The notes: generated from the letters alone by a model not told the origin. A stretch of 64,000 nucleotides of DNA from Octopus sinensis (GCF_006345805.1 NC_043013.1:43958001-44022000); one strand, 5' to 3'. Positions 1-13,212 are shown, numbered from the stretch's first letter. Numbers and translations: made by a program.

Positions 1-840
1 ATGTTAATTAAATAAACAAAAATGAATATATGCCACCTATGTATGTAAATTATAAACAAAAAAAAACAAAAGACATTAAATAATTTTTTTTACTAATCCC
101 ATAAATTAACGACTAATTAATGAAATAAAGAGGGCCATTGCACCTATAGTGCTAAGTAGTGTCTTTACTTGAGTGTATATATACCTACTGATATGTACAT
201 ATGGTGTATTTAATTTTGCTAAATTGTAAGCAGAGAAGCATTGAAAAATCTAAATAAAAAAAAAAGGAAGCGATAATTAAAAACGTTTGGAGAATCACTG
301 ACTTAATACCCAACTCAGTTGAGTAGTTTTTACAAACAAACTGCAGTTACTGCTGGGTTTGTGTGTGTTTGTAGTCAGAACATGTCACTCACTGCAATAG
401 TCTTAAAGGTGTCTTGATGTTATATAAAGCTTCACAAAGTATAAAAAAGTTACAGTTTCTATAGAAGCAACACACTTCTAGAAAAATCAAAATCAACAAT
501 ATCTATCATATTTCAAATTGTCTTTGACTACGTGAAAGCTTCAAGTACTTGTTCTATGTCACTGAATAAAGATAGTAATGGAACAGCAATTCAGTGGCAT
601 GAAGACTTATGAAACCCGCATTAACATGCAGTTTACCGTTGTGTGAATAAAATCCAAAAACAGAACATGAAAGTAAAAACCGGAAAGTAAAAACCGGAAG
701 TGAAGACACTGACATCCCAAAATTCTATGAAAAGAATAAAAACTCCCTTAAGGCACCTACATGAATAGTAAATTCTAACATTGTGTTAAGTATTCCACAA
801 ATAGCAGTTGAAGTACACTTTTCAATCATACTATAACCAG

Positions 841-1258
841 TCAAACCAGTTCTACTATATGGCTCAGAAACCTGGACGTTATCAAAGAAGCTTGAGAGGC
901 GGTTGAATGGAACTTACACTCGCCTCCTTATGAGAGCTCAAAATCTCTCGTGGAAGCATCATCCAACCAAAGTACAAATATATGGGAAATTACCACCTGT
1001 ATCATCTCTTGTGAAAGGTAGAAGAGTCCAGTTTGCTGGACATTGTTGTAGAGCTGAAAATGAGGTAATTTCTACTCTTCTCCTCTGGAAGCCACCTGCT
1101 TGCGATACCAGAGGGCGCACACTCTCCCACCCTGATGTAATCTCCAGGGATACAGGCATCAAGCAACAGGACCTCCGTAATGCTATGATGGACCGTGAAG
1201 TCTGGCGTAACATAGTAAATTCCATTGTCTCGACCACGGTTGAACAATGATGATGATG
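841..1258 (+). mobile_element. 5'-truncated RTE-clade LINE (ORF2 C-terminus + tail)
   Basis: Frame from 840 reads VKPVLLYGSETWTLSKKLERRLNGTYTRLL...RRVQFAGHCCRAE...DREVWRNIV (RTE post-RT motifs PVLLYGSETW, AGH..R); (TGA)n tail 1248-1260; TSD ATAACCAG at 833-840 and 1259-1266. Confidence 0.92.
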
Positions 1259-1520
1259 ATAACCAGCAACCAACATTACTGACTAGGCAATTCGATGGCT
1301 CTATGTCAATGCTGGATAACCAACATAGAGGAGTAAAGAAATAATGGACGGGAAGTGGTGTCGTTTCGGTGGATTTACTAGGACTATATGATCAATTCCC
1401 TTTTTTTTTTTTTGAGAAGAGCCATTTGACTCAACACTATTACATGACAGGATGTCATATGGTGACCTTTACCATGGAATCTAAATTGACAATGATCAAT
1501 AGTGTTGGCAGGGTGGTTGA

Positions 1521-1586
1521 GCAATTTTGTGTGATTGCATCTTACAGTGAGATGCAATTTTGTGTGATTGCATCTTACAGTGAGAT
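1521..1586. repeat. Perfect 33-bp tandem duplication
   Basis: GCAATTTTGTGTGATTGCATCTTACAGTGAGAT at 1521-1553 and 1554-1586. Confidence 0.97.
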
Positions 1587-2289
1587 CATCGACTAAGTTT
1601 TCGTTAACACTCATCACATAACTGGGATCAATCATTTTCTCTTGATTAGTGGTCAATTTATAAAAATCCAGTCAACTGTGTTTATTATATCCACAGAACT
1701 GTAAACCTTTGATGCCATTTTGTGGGACCTGCCAGCATTCAGGGTTGCCAGTATAAAATTTTAAAAAGCATTATTTCAATATCTAAAAAGTACTGTACCA
1801 AATAAAAGTGAAAAGTACCAAAAATCTCGTTTAAGAAAAATATGACAAACATGTGTAAATATCAAATAATTTATATTAAAAATTACAATTCTAATTAAAT
1901 TTAAATGAAATCAACATAATTATTTCGGTTTTTATTCCATAATATTTTCGAAGATTTTCTGATCAATTTCTTTTGATGTAGAAGCTGCAAGTTCACATGG
2001 TTTATAAGCATCTATAAATCTCATTTACTTTGACAGTTCACAATCATAACATTTACCATTTCATTTTTGTCTATATTTGATATTCAAAATTTCTCTTAAT
2101 TCCTATGCTTAGACGGTTATCAGGGGTGGACCCAAGAAGTAGGAGGGGGGGCTGAGGGGCACGTGCTCAGGGCTGTTGCTAAGCCCTTACAACCCCTAAG
2201 GTTGAGGTGGCCCCATGTTTAGATCAAAGTACATAGATGAGTCATTCATTTACTTTGGTTAAGATGTTCAACAAGAATTAAACTATGTT

Positions 2290-3700
2290 AACAGAAAATG
2301 TCAAGAAATAAAATGTTTATTTTTGTAATCCCCCCCCCCAATCCATTTTTTGGAATATGGAGGTCCTGGAAAATTACCAAAAATCGGCATCATGAAATCC
2401 GCCCCCAGCCAACTTCTTCAATTTTGTCTGTATTTTTTTTGTATTTTGTCTGGAAATTTTTTTCAGAATCATAATCTCCGTATTTTTCCACATATTTTGT
2501 AAAAACAAATTGTGAAAGAAGTTTAAAATGAAAGAAATGGGGGTGGGGTGGTAATTTAGAAATGTCGATTTTTGCCAGTTTTTTTTTGCCAACTCATATT
2601 CACCATAGCCGAAAAAGGGGGTTTGTGTCGGGTAAAAAAAAAATTTTTATAAGGGTGGTTTATGGTAAAAAGCATCTTTTTACCAAAAAAAAAAAATTTC
2701 TCCCCGACCAATTTTGGTCGATTTTGTGAGCACTATGCACGATGCTTTTTACTCACCACCCCTTCGAACTGATTTTGGTTGAGTTTGTGTGCACTATGTA
2801 TTTAAAAAACGATAGGAGAAACGTTTTCCTTTAAAAAAAAAAGAAAAAAAAAACTCAACCCCATATTTATGAATTTCTTAATACAAGTGCAACGGAGGAA
2901 GCTTAAAAGTAAATTTTTTAGACTCATTTATTTTTTGAGTAATAGAAAAAGTTTAAATGTAAGATTCCTTGTATCACGGTGAGAGAAACAAATTCATAAA
3001 ACGCTGTTGAATATAGTTTCACTATGACAAAAAAAAAGATAATTTAGCTGTTGTTTTTAGCACATCTTTCAATGATCTGATACTTCCCTTGTTTCTTTAT
3101 TTAATATTTTTCTCTCCATAAACACACTTCATTGAGTAAAGGTAAAAGGTTTGATAAAAAAAAATACCATGTATTCATGTTAAGAAACCCATAAATATGG
3201 AGTTGAAATTTTTTTTATTAACAAAAAGGTAGCCGCCCCCCGCTGTCGTTTTTAAGTGCGTAGTGCCCACAAAATCAACCAAAATCGGTCGGAACACACA
3301 TGCAATCATTTTTTGAAAATTTTTTTTTTTTTGATAAGATGTTCCCCATTATTTCGAAGGTCATTGTGAAAAAAAGATCTGAAAAATCCGTCAAAATGGA
3401 GAAATTCCAACTTGTGTGTAAGTTACTCATTAAGAAATTTATAAATATGGGGCTGAAAAATTTATTTTTTAACAGATAGGTTTCTTCCATCGTTTTAAAG
3501 TGCGTGGTGCCCACAAAATCGTCCGAAATCGGTGCGATGGGTGGGGTGTTTTAAAAAAAAAAAGCTTTTCGAAATTTTTTTTGTTAATAACCTCATCATT
3601 TTCAAGGACACAGTGAAAAAAAATCTGAAAAATTCGTCAAGACGGAGAAATTCCAACATGCGTGCTACCTATCGCTGACGTCTGCCGATTGTGTATTAAT
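2290..3700. mobile_element. Unclassified non-autonomous DNA element with inverted subrepeats
   Basis: Motif GTGCG(T/C)AGTGCCCACAAAATC..CCAAAATCGG at ~3255 and ~3500 (+), inverted at ~2705 and ~2770; 2330-2500 is homologous (inverted) to 15090-15240 inside the 14629-15768 element. Confidence 0.45.
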
Positions 3701-3802
3701 TAACTTATTATCTGGCTCAAATATTTTAAGAAATTAAAAAAAAAAAACTAAGAAAAGAGAATAGTTCTGAAAGAAATTTCAAAATACTATTAAATGATTG
3801 GT

Positions 3803-4100
3803 GGAGGCGCAATGGTTAGGGCAGCAGACTCGCGGTCAGAGGATCGCGGTTTCGATTCCCAGACCAGGCGTTGTGTGTGTTTATTGAGCAAATAACACCT
3901 AAAGCTCTACGAGAGCTCCAGCAGGGGGTGGTAATGACCCCTGTTGTACTCTTTCGCCACAACTTTCTCTCACTCTCTCTTCCTGTTTCTTGAGTAATGC
4001 TGTGATGGACTAGCATCCTGTCCAGCTGGTGGAGAACACATATGCCATAGAAACCGGGAAACCGGGCCCATGAACCTGGCTAGGCTTGAAAAGGGCGCAT
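3803..4100 (+). mobile_element. tRNA-derived SINE, family B
   Basis: tRNA-like head with B box (GGTTTCGATTCCC), body GATGGACT.GC.TCC.GTCCAG; homologous to 18544-18840 and 57853-58104. Confidence 0.85.
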
Positions 4101-4209
4101 AAATAAAAAAAAAATTAAATAATTGAAATGTGTTACCCTCACCCCGCCCGAATTGTAATCTTTAAAACAAAGCTTTGGAAAATGTCAAAAATGGAAAATT
4201 TACACACAT

Positions 4210-4240
<31 letters not shown>

Positions 4241-4477
4241 CATAGTGAAACAATATAAAAGTGAAACTATTTATAACTCTTACTCCGTCGAAGGTTTCAC
4301 TTTTATTCTTCGTGTTTCGGAACGTAATATGGAACCAGTGCCAATGTTGCATTGTTTTAATCCCCAGAAGTTACATGTTGACACACTCCTGGGGTCTCAT
4401 AGTATTACCATCTAAAATTTGATTTGATTTGGTTGAGGTGTTTGAGAATGTATTGGAAACAGACTGAGAGACAAAGG

Positions 4478-4533
<56 letters not shown>

Positions 4534-5134
4534 GAGAGATTACGTATTTCAAGTATAGGAGAGAATTTAATCCATGTCTTTTAAACGTCTGCTCTCTCCT
4601 TCATCATGCCTTTGGGACAGCAATCACCAATAAAATTATGTTTTTCTTCTTTTAACTTTATTTTATTGTATTTCACATTCTGAAACACTTGTAATTCGCA
4701 AATTAAAAAAAATAAAATTCTTAACCCACTCCTTTTTCATTGTACTTTTCAAAATTAAAAAAAAAAATCTAACTTAAGTGATGTGTGATAAGCAAATGGA
4801 AATTTTGAAAGTATTTATAATACGATAATTTTGGTCATTTAAAATTTAGAAAAAAGAGAAAAAATACTTAATTGGAGAAAAGTATAATGGGATCGAAATA
4901 TATCTCGTTTTCCCTTAATCATAGTTTCAGAAATACGCATGCGAAACAATTTGAAAAATCCTGGCCAAAACTTAAGAAATTTCACCATTCCAAATGTCCA
5001 ACCATACTCTGAGGTGAGTGGGAGATGAAAACAATTGAAGTTTCGCTAAGACAGCTTTGCTCAGAATAGTAATTTGCAACGATTAAAACATATGGTACCA
5101 AGTAATTTTTCATATAACCAAAATAATTAATAAT

Positions 5135-5259
5135 AGGTGCAAGAGTGGCTGTGTAGTAATTAGCTTGCTTACCAACCACATGGTCCTGGGTTCAGTCCCA
5201 CTGCGTGGCACCTTGGGAAAGTGTCTTCTACTATAGCCTCAGGCCAACCAAAGCCTGTC

Positions 5260-5293
<34 letters not shown>

Positions 5294-5492
5294 TATATAT
5301 ATGTATGTGTGTAGTTTGTGTGTCTGTGTTCCCCCCCCCACATTGCTTGACAACTGGTGCTGGTGTGCTTATATCCCCATAACTTAGCAGTTCGGCAAAA
5401 GAGACCGATAGAATAAGTACTAGGGGTCGATTGACTAAAAGGCGGTGCTCCTGCATGGCCGAAGTCAAATGACTGAAACGAGTAAAAGAATA
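5135..5492 (+). mobile_element. tRNA-derived SINE, family A (CORE-like CCTTGGGCAAGT motif)
   Basis: Head GGAGTGGCTGTGTGGTAA...GGGTTCAGTCCC, internal (TA)n/(TG)n linker, (GAGTAAAA)n-type tail; more than 12 copies in window. Confidence 0.9.
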
Positions 5493-5894
5493 AAATGAAT
5501 AAACAAGTTACGGGGGGAAAAAGATTATGTCGAAATCTATTGTCCGATCAGTGAATGAAAAAACAGTCACAATTTTAGCACCACACACGTTTTTGATTTT
5601 ACTTTTTTTTTTTATTATTTCAAATATTTCTTCAGATTCCTATATTTTTAACAGCCAAACAATGGAAATTACGCTTCGACATATAAATAAATGAATAAAT
5701 AAATCCCTCCTCATAACTTTTTCGAATTATGTTTTTTTGGGGGTGCAAAAATATCCATACTTATGGTTGTGCGTCTTGAAAAACGTGTTAATAACTTACA
5801 AGCAAGTGTGATTAATACCGACATTCTTAGGGAAATAGAGTCGGAAAATACCTGGGGCATTCCCCCGCCCAACGTAATGTCTTTGGATTTGTAT

Positions 5895-6110
5895 GTTATT
5901 AGCATTTAAACTGTCTATAATCCGACCCAGATATTCTATTTGTTCTATGTAGAAACTGGACAGAATCATCCTTTCTCACCCACCCTACAATGACATTCTA
6001 AAAACAATCACACCATCATAATATCTTGAAGCTATAAGACAAAGCATAATTAATTCAAAACAATGAATAAATAAGTATTACATTTGGCAGAGTATTCTGA
6101 ACGCTAAAAG
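5895..6110 (-). mobile_element. piggyBac-like MITE family P2, decayed end
   Basis: Homologous to 51841-52060; ends GCTAAAAG|TTAA. Confidence 0.7.
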
Positions 6111-6185
6111 TTAAGCATTGGAGATTAGGAATTAAAAAAAATGTTGGGATAACTTTTCTGTAATGTTTTAATTGGTACTACTTGA

Positions 6186-6584
6186 GAACAGTGGTCCCGG
6201 TGCGCGCACTCGCACATCCGCGCTAGCTAGTCGTGACTAGTCGATCCTTACTTTGTGCTTTTGTGTTTTATTTACTTTGCTAGGTAGTCGTTTTAGGATC
6301 GACTACTTACGACTAGCTAGCGCGGACGCGCGACTGCGCGTGTGCGCGCACCGGGACCAGTATTCGCTAGTAGTGCCGATACTACTAGCGAACAGTGGTC
6401 CCGGTGCGCGCACACTCAGTCGCGCATCCGCGCTGGCTAATCGTGACTAGTCGATCCTACGACTACCTAGCAAAGTAAATAAAACACAAAATAAATAATT
6501 TTTTACACGAAGTAAATAATTTCTGTTAAACAAAGTAAATAAAACACAAAAACAGAAAGTAAGGATCGACTAGTCACGACTAGC
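6186..6584. repeat. CpG-rich nested palindrome (A-B-A'|A-B'-B'-A')
   Basis: Perfect 12-bp stem TTCGCTAGTAGT/ACTACTAGCGAA (6363-6392); imperfect arms extend to 6258/6492; 6530-6584 inverts 6225-6279. Confidence 0.9.
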
Positions 6585-7174
6585 ACTCTTCTTAAGTAAT
6601 ATCCAGAATATGTCTTCTGCTTCCAACATTTTTTGCCACACCCTTTCGTAGCTTCTGTTAATGATATTTCATTAGAAACTGTCAACAATAGAACTTGTTC
6701 GTTTGAGCTTGTTTGTTTACGATAAGATATGTCATCTTCAATCAATCATTTCTAATTATAATATCTATTTCTGTAATTTCTACACATTGTCGACACGAAG
6801 ATAACTGGACAAAGAGATATGAATTAACTAACGACAAACATGTTTGACTTTTGTGACACTATTATTACAAGTGAGCTTTCAAAGTTCTCTTCGTGTTTCT
6901 AACGTAATCTTTGTTGTAATTAATCTCCGTAATCATCCTGTTATAACATTAAGAATGATTTAACAGAAGTTATATGAGGAAATAGCAGAGATATATTTGA
7001 CAAGGAGATAATTCAAAACAACTGAAAATAAATGTTTTTTTTTATTTTTATAAATGACAAAAACAAAAAGAAAATCCAAGAATGATGTACTTTTCCTAAA
7101 TAGGTAACTTTTTAGCTTATTTTACTTTCAATTTTGAAATACTATAAAACGAAATGTTAATTTTGGAATTTGTC

Positions 7175-7718
7175 ACCTTGGGCAAATGTCTTCTATTATA
7201 GCCTCAAGCTGACCAAAGCCTTGTGAGTGGATTTGGTAGATGGAAACTGAAAGAAGCCCGTCGTATATATATAAGGATAAGATCGTTAATTTAAAAATAA
7301 AATAACGATTTTATCAAGTGGTCAGCATGGAAAAAATAACCTCCAAAGGTAATAATTATTAAAATTATAAATTAGGGTATCTACGAGATACCACCATGCT
7401 GGAAATAGCAGCCATAATCTGACTCTAAAACCACTTTAATTGTCCATATATCAACACGGAGAGAAAACAAAGAGACATATATATTTGTGTGTGTGTGTGT
7501 GTATATGTTTGTGTGTCTGTGTTTGTCCTCCCAATATCATTTGACAACCGATGCTGGTGTGTTTACGTCCCCCGTAACTTAGCGGTTCGGCAAAAGAGAC
7601 CGATAGAATAAGTACTAGGCTTACAAAGAATAAGTCCTGGGAGTCGATTTACTCGACTAAAGGCGGTGCTCCAGCATGGCCACAGTCAAATGACTGAAAC
7701 AAGTAAAAGAGTAAGAGT
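7175..7718 (+). mobile_element. SINE family A, headless, with ~200-bp insertion in its TA linker
   Basis: 5' body 7175-7272, unrelated sequence ~7273-7472, 3' body and tail to 7718. Confidence 0.85.
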
Positions 7719-8834
7719 ATGTTTGAAAAAAAGATCTTTAACGATTTAATCACTAAAGTATTTGTCATGTTTAAAAATAGAATTGTTTAATTGTAATTAA
7801 TAGAAAGCAATATGCAAATATACTCCTGTTTTACTGTGCATTGAAAATAGTTATATCAAATCCCCAACTTAGGCAAATTGCTAGAATTTCAGTAGGATGT
7901 AGAAAGCCTATACATTTTGAGGAAGAATAATGTAATAACTGCATTAAGTTACCGATTTGTATCTTAGGATTGTTCTTTATTATTCTTCATATTAATGTTG
8001 TGCCACTTATTAACTTTAAGCTATGTATTATTAATGTTATCTAATGAGTATCAAGCTCTCAGGTAAGTCTCGTGGTTACATACGGTGATCCAGTAGAGAA
8101 AAGAAGCAGGTAGCCATGAGAGACGTTATTTGTAAACAAGCCTAGAACTGTTTGTAAACTATACGACGTGAAACCCCTTATTTTGAAACCAATGTAATTT
8201 ACTTCAATAAAGGTAAATCAAGTTTTTTCTGAGCCTTACATAACAGGTAACAGACTTGTCACCTGGTTTAACACTATTGCATCGTACCTTCAGTAACTTT
8301 AGTAGGTCTCTCATTGTGACAGGCATTTGGGCCAGATTTCCAGTTTAGGGATACCTTCTTCCACTAATTTTGGTGGCCCTATAATGAATCATCACTAGAC
8401 AGGAAAAAAAGCACCCATCCTAGATAGGAAGTTAGGCAAATGCCCATTCTAGACAGTGTCATTGAGGGAGCCTGAAAAATACCTATTGGAGTGACAGGAG
8501 CTCCTTCCTGCCTCATCCTATAACTCTTTTGGCATCGCAGATGAGAAACCATGTATCAGTTTCCTGTTTCATGCTATTTATTGTATGTAGCAGGAAGTAA
8601 AAGCACTTGTAATATTACAATCAGTCTTGGCAATTTAGGACACTGAAGTTCAAGATTAATTGGTGATGGAAAAGATGACTCAGAAATGTAGAGTGCTATA
8701 ATTTTCTGCTGACAGATCATGCACCCTCGAACTTTAAAAAAATATATTTATATTTGAACCCTGATTTTTGTTATGTATATGTCTGAACATACTGATTACA
8801 AATATGCAAAAACATTTTGCAAAAACAAATTTTT

Positions 8835-9085
8835 TTACGGAGATGTACTTGCATAGCAAGTGACCTGATCTGAGATCATGTGCTGGAACGAAAACAATTG
8901 CAGCGTGGAAGGTGTTTATAAGCCATTTAAGAGACACACAAAAACCGTTAGATTCACTTCAACATTTAAATTTAATTTGTCAAAATATTTTTGTCACTTT
9001 GAGACCGCGACCTGTTCACTGACAAAAGAGATGCAGCACGGAATTTTGTCAGTGAACAGGTCGTGGTCTCAAAGCAACAAAAATT
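8835..9085. mobile_element. Penelope-like-element-type short repeat with inverted segment (HHR family H1)
   Basis: Same family as 53626-53945; inverted arms 8985-9027 / 9044-9085; each arm carries GTGAACA-G-GTCG(C/T) HHR-like core. Confidence 0.6.
8976..9026 (-). ncRNA. Minimal type I hammerhead-like motif, G3:C8 variant, decayed (G12A)
   Basis: TTTGTCA-GTGAACA-G-GTCGC-9nt-GTGAC-AAAA-ATAT-TT-TGACAAA: 7-bp stem I, 5-bp stem II, palindromic AATATT stem III. Confidence 0.6.
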
Positions 9086-9476
9086 TTTTTAATTTTTCAA
9101 AAATTTCTTTTGATTAAAAAAGGAATGATTCTCGTTAGTCAATGTCTAATGGCATTTCCAACCCAGTCAAGATAACATGTATATGAATGTTTGCTGTATG
9201 GTTATTGTATAATTTTGTGAAATTTATTTTCAGATTATATCGAAGGTTTTCTTTTTTTTATTATTGTATAAGCTTTATGACTGATTTTCATTTTCAGTCT
9301 ATATAGGACAAATAAAATTAAATAATACCAATAAATACAATATAAAAATTATGAATCCTTGGTCATAAATATCGATATGGTTTGAAAATATGTCATAAAT
9401 AATCACTATCAGATGTAGATCTCATCTATGTTTAACCACATTATGTCACTGTTTGATCTTAAACGTAACAAATCTG

Positions 9477-9890
9477 GGATCTTTTCGGTTTGAACGGCAG
9501 TTTTTTCTAGCGGCGTCTTTTGAAATTGTCACCCATAATTACGACCCTGGTATCGATCTATTGCATTTCAATCTGTTTTAGGGTTAGGGGTGGGGGGAAG
9601 GGTATCTTTTTTTCTTCACAAATGTAAATAAACCCAATCTGTTTCTTAAATGAGGGACATATTCATATGGCACAGAATGTTGTTTACCTCAATGGACGTC
9701 AGTGATTGGTTAAAATTGCAGAAATTGAAGAAAAAAAAAACAACAAATATCTTACAAACTATAGAATTTTCTCAATAAAGCCAAGAGAAAAAGATGTTTT
9801 ATAAACACATTCTACCAGTATACGAAGTTTAAAAGTGTTTAGTTACCTAGAAATTATTTTAAAAAACTGCCGTTCAAACCGAAAAGATCC
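9477..9890 (+). mobile_element. 414-bp MITE, 5'-GG TIRs, 8-bp TSD (Merlin-like; hAT/MULE not excluded)
   Basis: TIR GGATCTTTTCGGTTTGAACGGCAGTTTTT at both ends; TSD CAAATCTG at 9469-9476 and 9891-9898. Confidence 0.9.
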
Positions 9891-10141
9891 CAAATCTGTC
9901 ATCATGACTCTTGTTTTTGAATATTAAGACTATTAATTGGGTAATTAGGATTGGTTAGGATTACTTTTAAGATTTTGGTGGAAGAACTATCACTACAATA
10001 TTGATATACTAAATTACTGTCATTCATTTGTTCAATATTTCCATTTATGAAATAGTCATTTTGAATTTTCATGCAAGATTATTTTAAATAAAAAATCTTT
10101 TCATATGAACGTTTTTGCAGATTCTAAATCTGATGTTTAAA

Positions 10142-10543
10142 GGATCTTTTCGGTTTGAACGGCAGTTTTTAACATAATTTCTTGGTAACTAAAAAAATTT
10201 TAAACTTCGTATACTGGTAGAATGTGTTTATAAAACATCTTTTTCTCTTGGCTTTATTGAGAAAATTCTATAGTTTGTAAGATATTTGTTGTTTTTTTCT
10301 TCAATTTCAACCAATCAGTGACATCTATTGAGTTAAAAAGCATTCTGTGCCGTATGAATATGTCCCTCATTTAAGAAACAGATTGGGTTTATATACATTT
10401 GTGAAGAAAAAAAAGATACCTTTCCCCTAACCCTAACCCTAAAACAGATTGAAATGCAATAGATCAATTCTAGGGTCATAATTATGGGTGACAATTTCAT
10501 ATGACACCACTAGAAAAAACTGCCGTTCAAACCGAAAAGATCC
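10142..10543 (-). mobile_element. Same GG-TIR MITE, opposite orientation
   Basis: Same TIRs; flanks TGTTTAAA / TGTTAAAA (8-bp TSD, 1 mismatch). Confidence 0.9.
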
Positions 10544-11392
10544 TGTTAAAAAAACAAAAAGCACAAAGAGATTAGTTCTGGGTGTGATTCCACTGAATTT
10601 TCATTTATTATTGTAATTCCACTAAGAAATAGATATTAAATTGTCATTTATACTCAGTATAATTTAACAAAAATAACATAACACTTTCACTTTACCTATA
10701 AGCTCTCATTGATATTTTTGGTTTGACACACTATATCTGACTTTATTGAAAATTTCTACACTGTAGTTTTGTGTTTATATGCTGAATGTGAACATCACAA
10801 GCCTTTATTCTGAGAAATTAATAAGGTTTTGAACATATAAATACTGAATTTCTTTTGTAATTTTAGCCAATCAAATTCATCCTTTCTCTACACACATTAA
10901 CAGTGTTATGAAAAAGCATTTTTTCTTTTCCCCCACCCCCAAATATACCTCTGACAATTACAACTCTGACCCAACCCTATCCCTTAAATCCTAACTCTAG
11001 ACCTAAGATGGTTTCTTCTGTTGGTTACTCTAAGGGTTGAGATGCGGACAAACCTGTTTGGTTGAAATTACAAAAGAATTTCCGTCTTTAAGCCTTTGTA
11101 ACTTATTTTATTATCAAGGTCTCCGGAAAGTATTGTGATTGTCATAAATGGCATGGAAAACTGCATTTGTATAAGAAAATTTCAATAAAATCAAAAATGT
11201 CTGAAAAAAAAACAACCCATGTTTAGTTTTTCGAAAGTTGTCACTTTTGACTGTGAGGTGGGGTTTTGGTTCCTCCTATCTATCTGTTTGATTAATAAAA
11301 TCTGTACTTTACTGTACTTGGGTTGTTGAACTATCACTCTTACTGGAACACATATATAAACAATACTACATGTTATTGAATACTTACTTTAA

Positions 11393-11607
11393 CCCTTTCA
11401 TTACCAACCTGGCCAAAACCGGCTCTGTAGTACAAATGTCTTGTTTTCATAAGTTTTGAATTAAAATCTTCTACCAAACCTTAGTCACAATTTATGTTCC
11501 TAACACTAGCTGAATGATAACTAAGTTATTTTACTAAATTCTTTGTTATATTTAAAATAATTGAATGAAACACAGAGCATCTCAAAATAAATACAGTAAC
11601 GAAAGGG
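11393..11607 (+). mobile_element. piggyBac-like MITE family P1
   Basis: TTAA|CCCTTTCATTAC ... GTAACGAAAGGG|TTAA. Confidence 0.85.
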
Positions 11608-13212
11608 TTAAATGATAGTATGTTGCCAAAAATTGTGATGGTCTGCATTGGCACAAGTTATCGTAAAGTTGAGTTTAGATTAAATTCATATGCCATGGAG
11701 AGAAAAGCTGTTCTGAGACTGACTACTCACCTACGAAAAAGTTATTTTTCTCTTAGATGAAATGGTAGTTTTAAATACTTTGCTACTTCTTTCTCTTCAC
11801 AGCGTATGAATTTATCCAAATGCATAACCTGTCTCTTTTCTTATATGTGTGTGTATGATATGCATACACATACATTAAAATTACAATTTTCTTCAAGACC
11901 CTTCCAGAAGGTTTCTATTCTCTTTGTCCCTTCCCACACTCTGTCATACTCAACATTCATGTTAACAAGCAATTATCAAATAAATTTTGAGAAAAGAATT
12001 TAGCATCATATTATGTATATAACGAAATTCTTTAGTCAAAATCTATATGGAGATCTGGACTGGACTACATACGTTCATTTCTGTAAGATCTTTGGGGGAA
12101 TGCCAAATAACTCAAATAGGACATCTGGAATTTGATATCCTGATGAAATTCTATATTGAAACTATTATTTATATCCCAGAAATAAACATTCACTTCTTAA
12201 TCCACCTCTTCCTTAATTCGTTGGAGAGTCAAGCTTTTGTTGTATCCTATGGGATAGGATGCAACAAGCCAGAATAACTATGATAATGATGATTGTTCTC
12301 AACCACCGTAACTGTAGATTGGTAAGTTCTATAAAGCTAAAACAGATATTCTGACTGTAGCACAAACTTATCAAATATGACAAAAGAAAAATATGCGGTG
12401 AGGAAAGTATATTGTTAGCTCAATAACTAATCTCATTTTAATCATTTCAACAAGTAAAAGAAGCAATCATAAAGTATCACAGTTTTAATAGAGCTCTGCT
12501 TGCAAAGCATGCGAATTTACTGTACTTGTTGAGGTTGTGATGAGTGAATGACTGAGATATTCCTTACTATAAGCAAGTAAGTGTGGAAAGTTAGTATATT
12601 TAGAAAAAAATAAATTACTAAGGTTAATTAGTCAGATATGATATCTGTAGAGAAAAAAACAAAACAAAATAATAGTTAAGCTAGTGTTAAGATATTTCAT
12701 GGAGAGAACATCAAAAATCTAATTAGAATTACTTATACAGTGAAGAAAAGACTATGTTAGCTCAGTGATAAATACTAATCTCTGACTAATTCATCTTATG
12801 TTTTTCTATATGCTACAACAATTGTGTTGTGCTTCAGAAGGTATATAACTTATGCTTCTACAAGTTTTTCTGATATGGTTCCACTCTCACTATAAAGTTC
12901 TGAGGTTGGTAATAGGAAAAGTGTCGGCCTGCTTGTTTTTAAGTCCATTCTACTCTGCTAGTATGGGTTTGATAAAATATATATTATTGATGCATTGTTT
13001 TACAGCTAGAGACCTTTCCTGTTGCTAACCCTTATCTGCTTTTCAAGTAAGGGTATCTCTTATTCCACAAACATTCCAAAGTACAGAATGAGCCACAATT
13101 TGTTAAAAGGGAAATGACAACAAACTACACCACCTGTAGCCTAGTGATTTTTCTTGCAACCATTCACACTGAGGCACACACATACGCGTGCAGCAGCTTT
13201 CATATAGTTTCT

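Noticed and set aside
465-612. Possible terminal exon ending ...AIQWHEDL* followed by AATAAA
   Set aside because: Short AT-rich frame, no recognisable homology, acceptor unremarkable; cannot be supported
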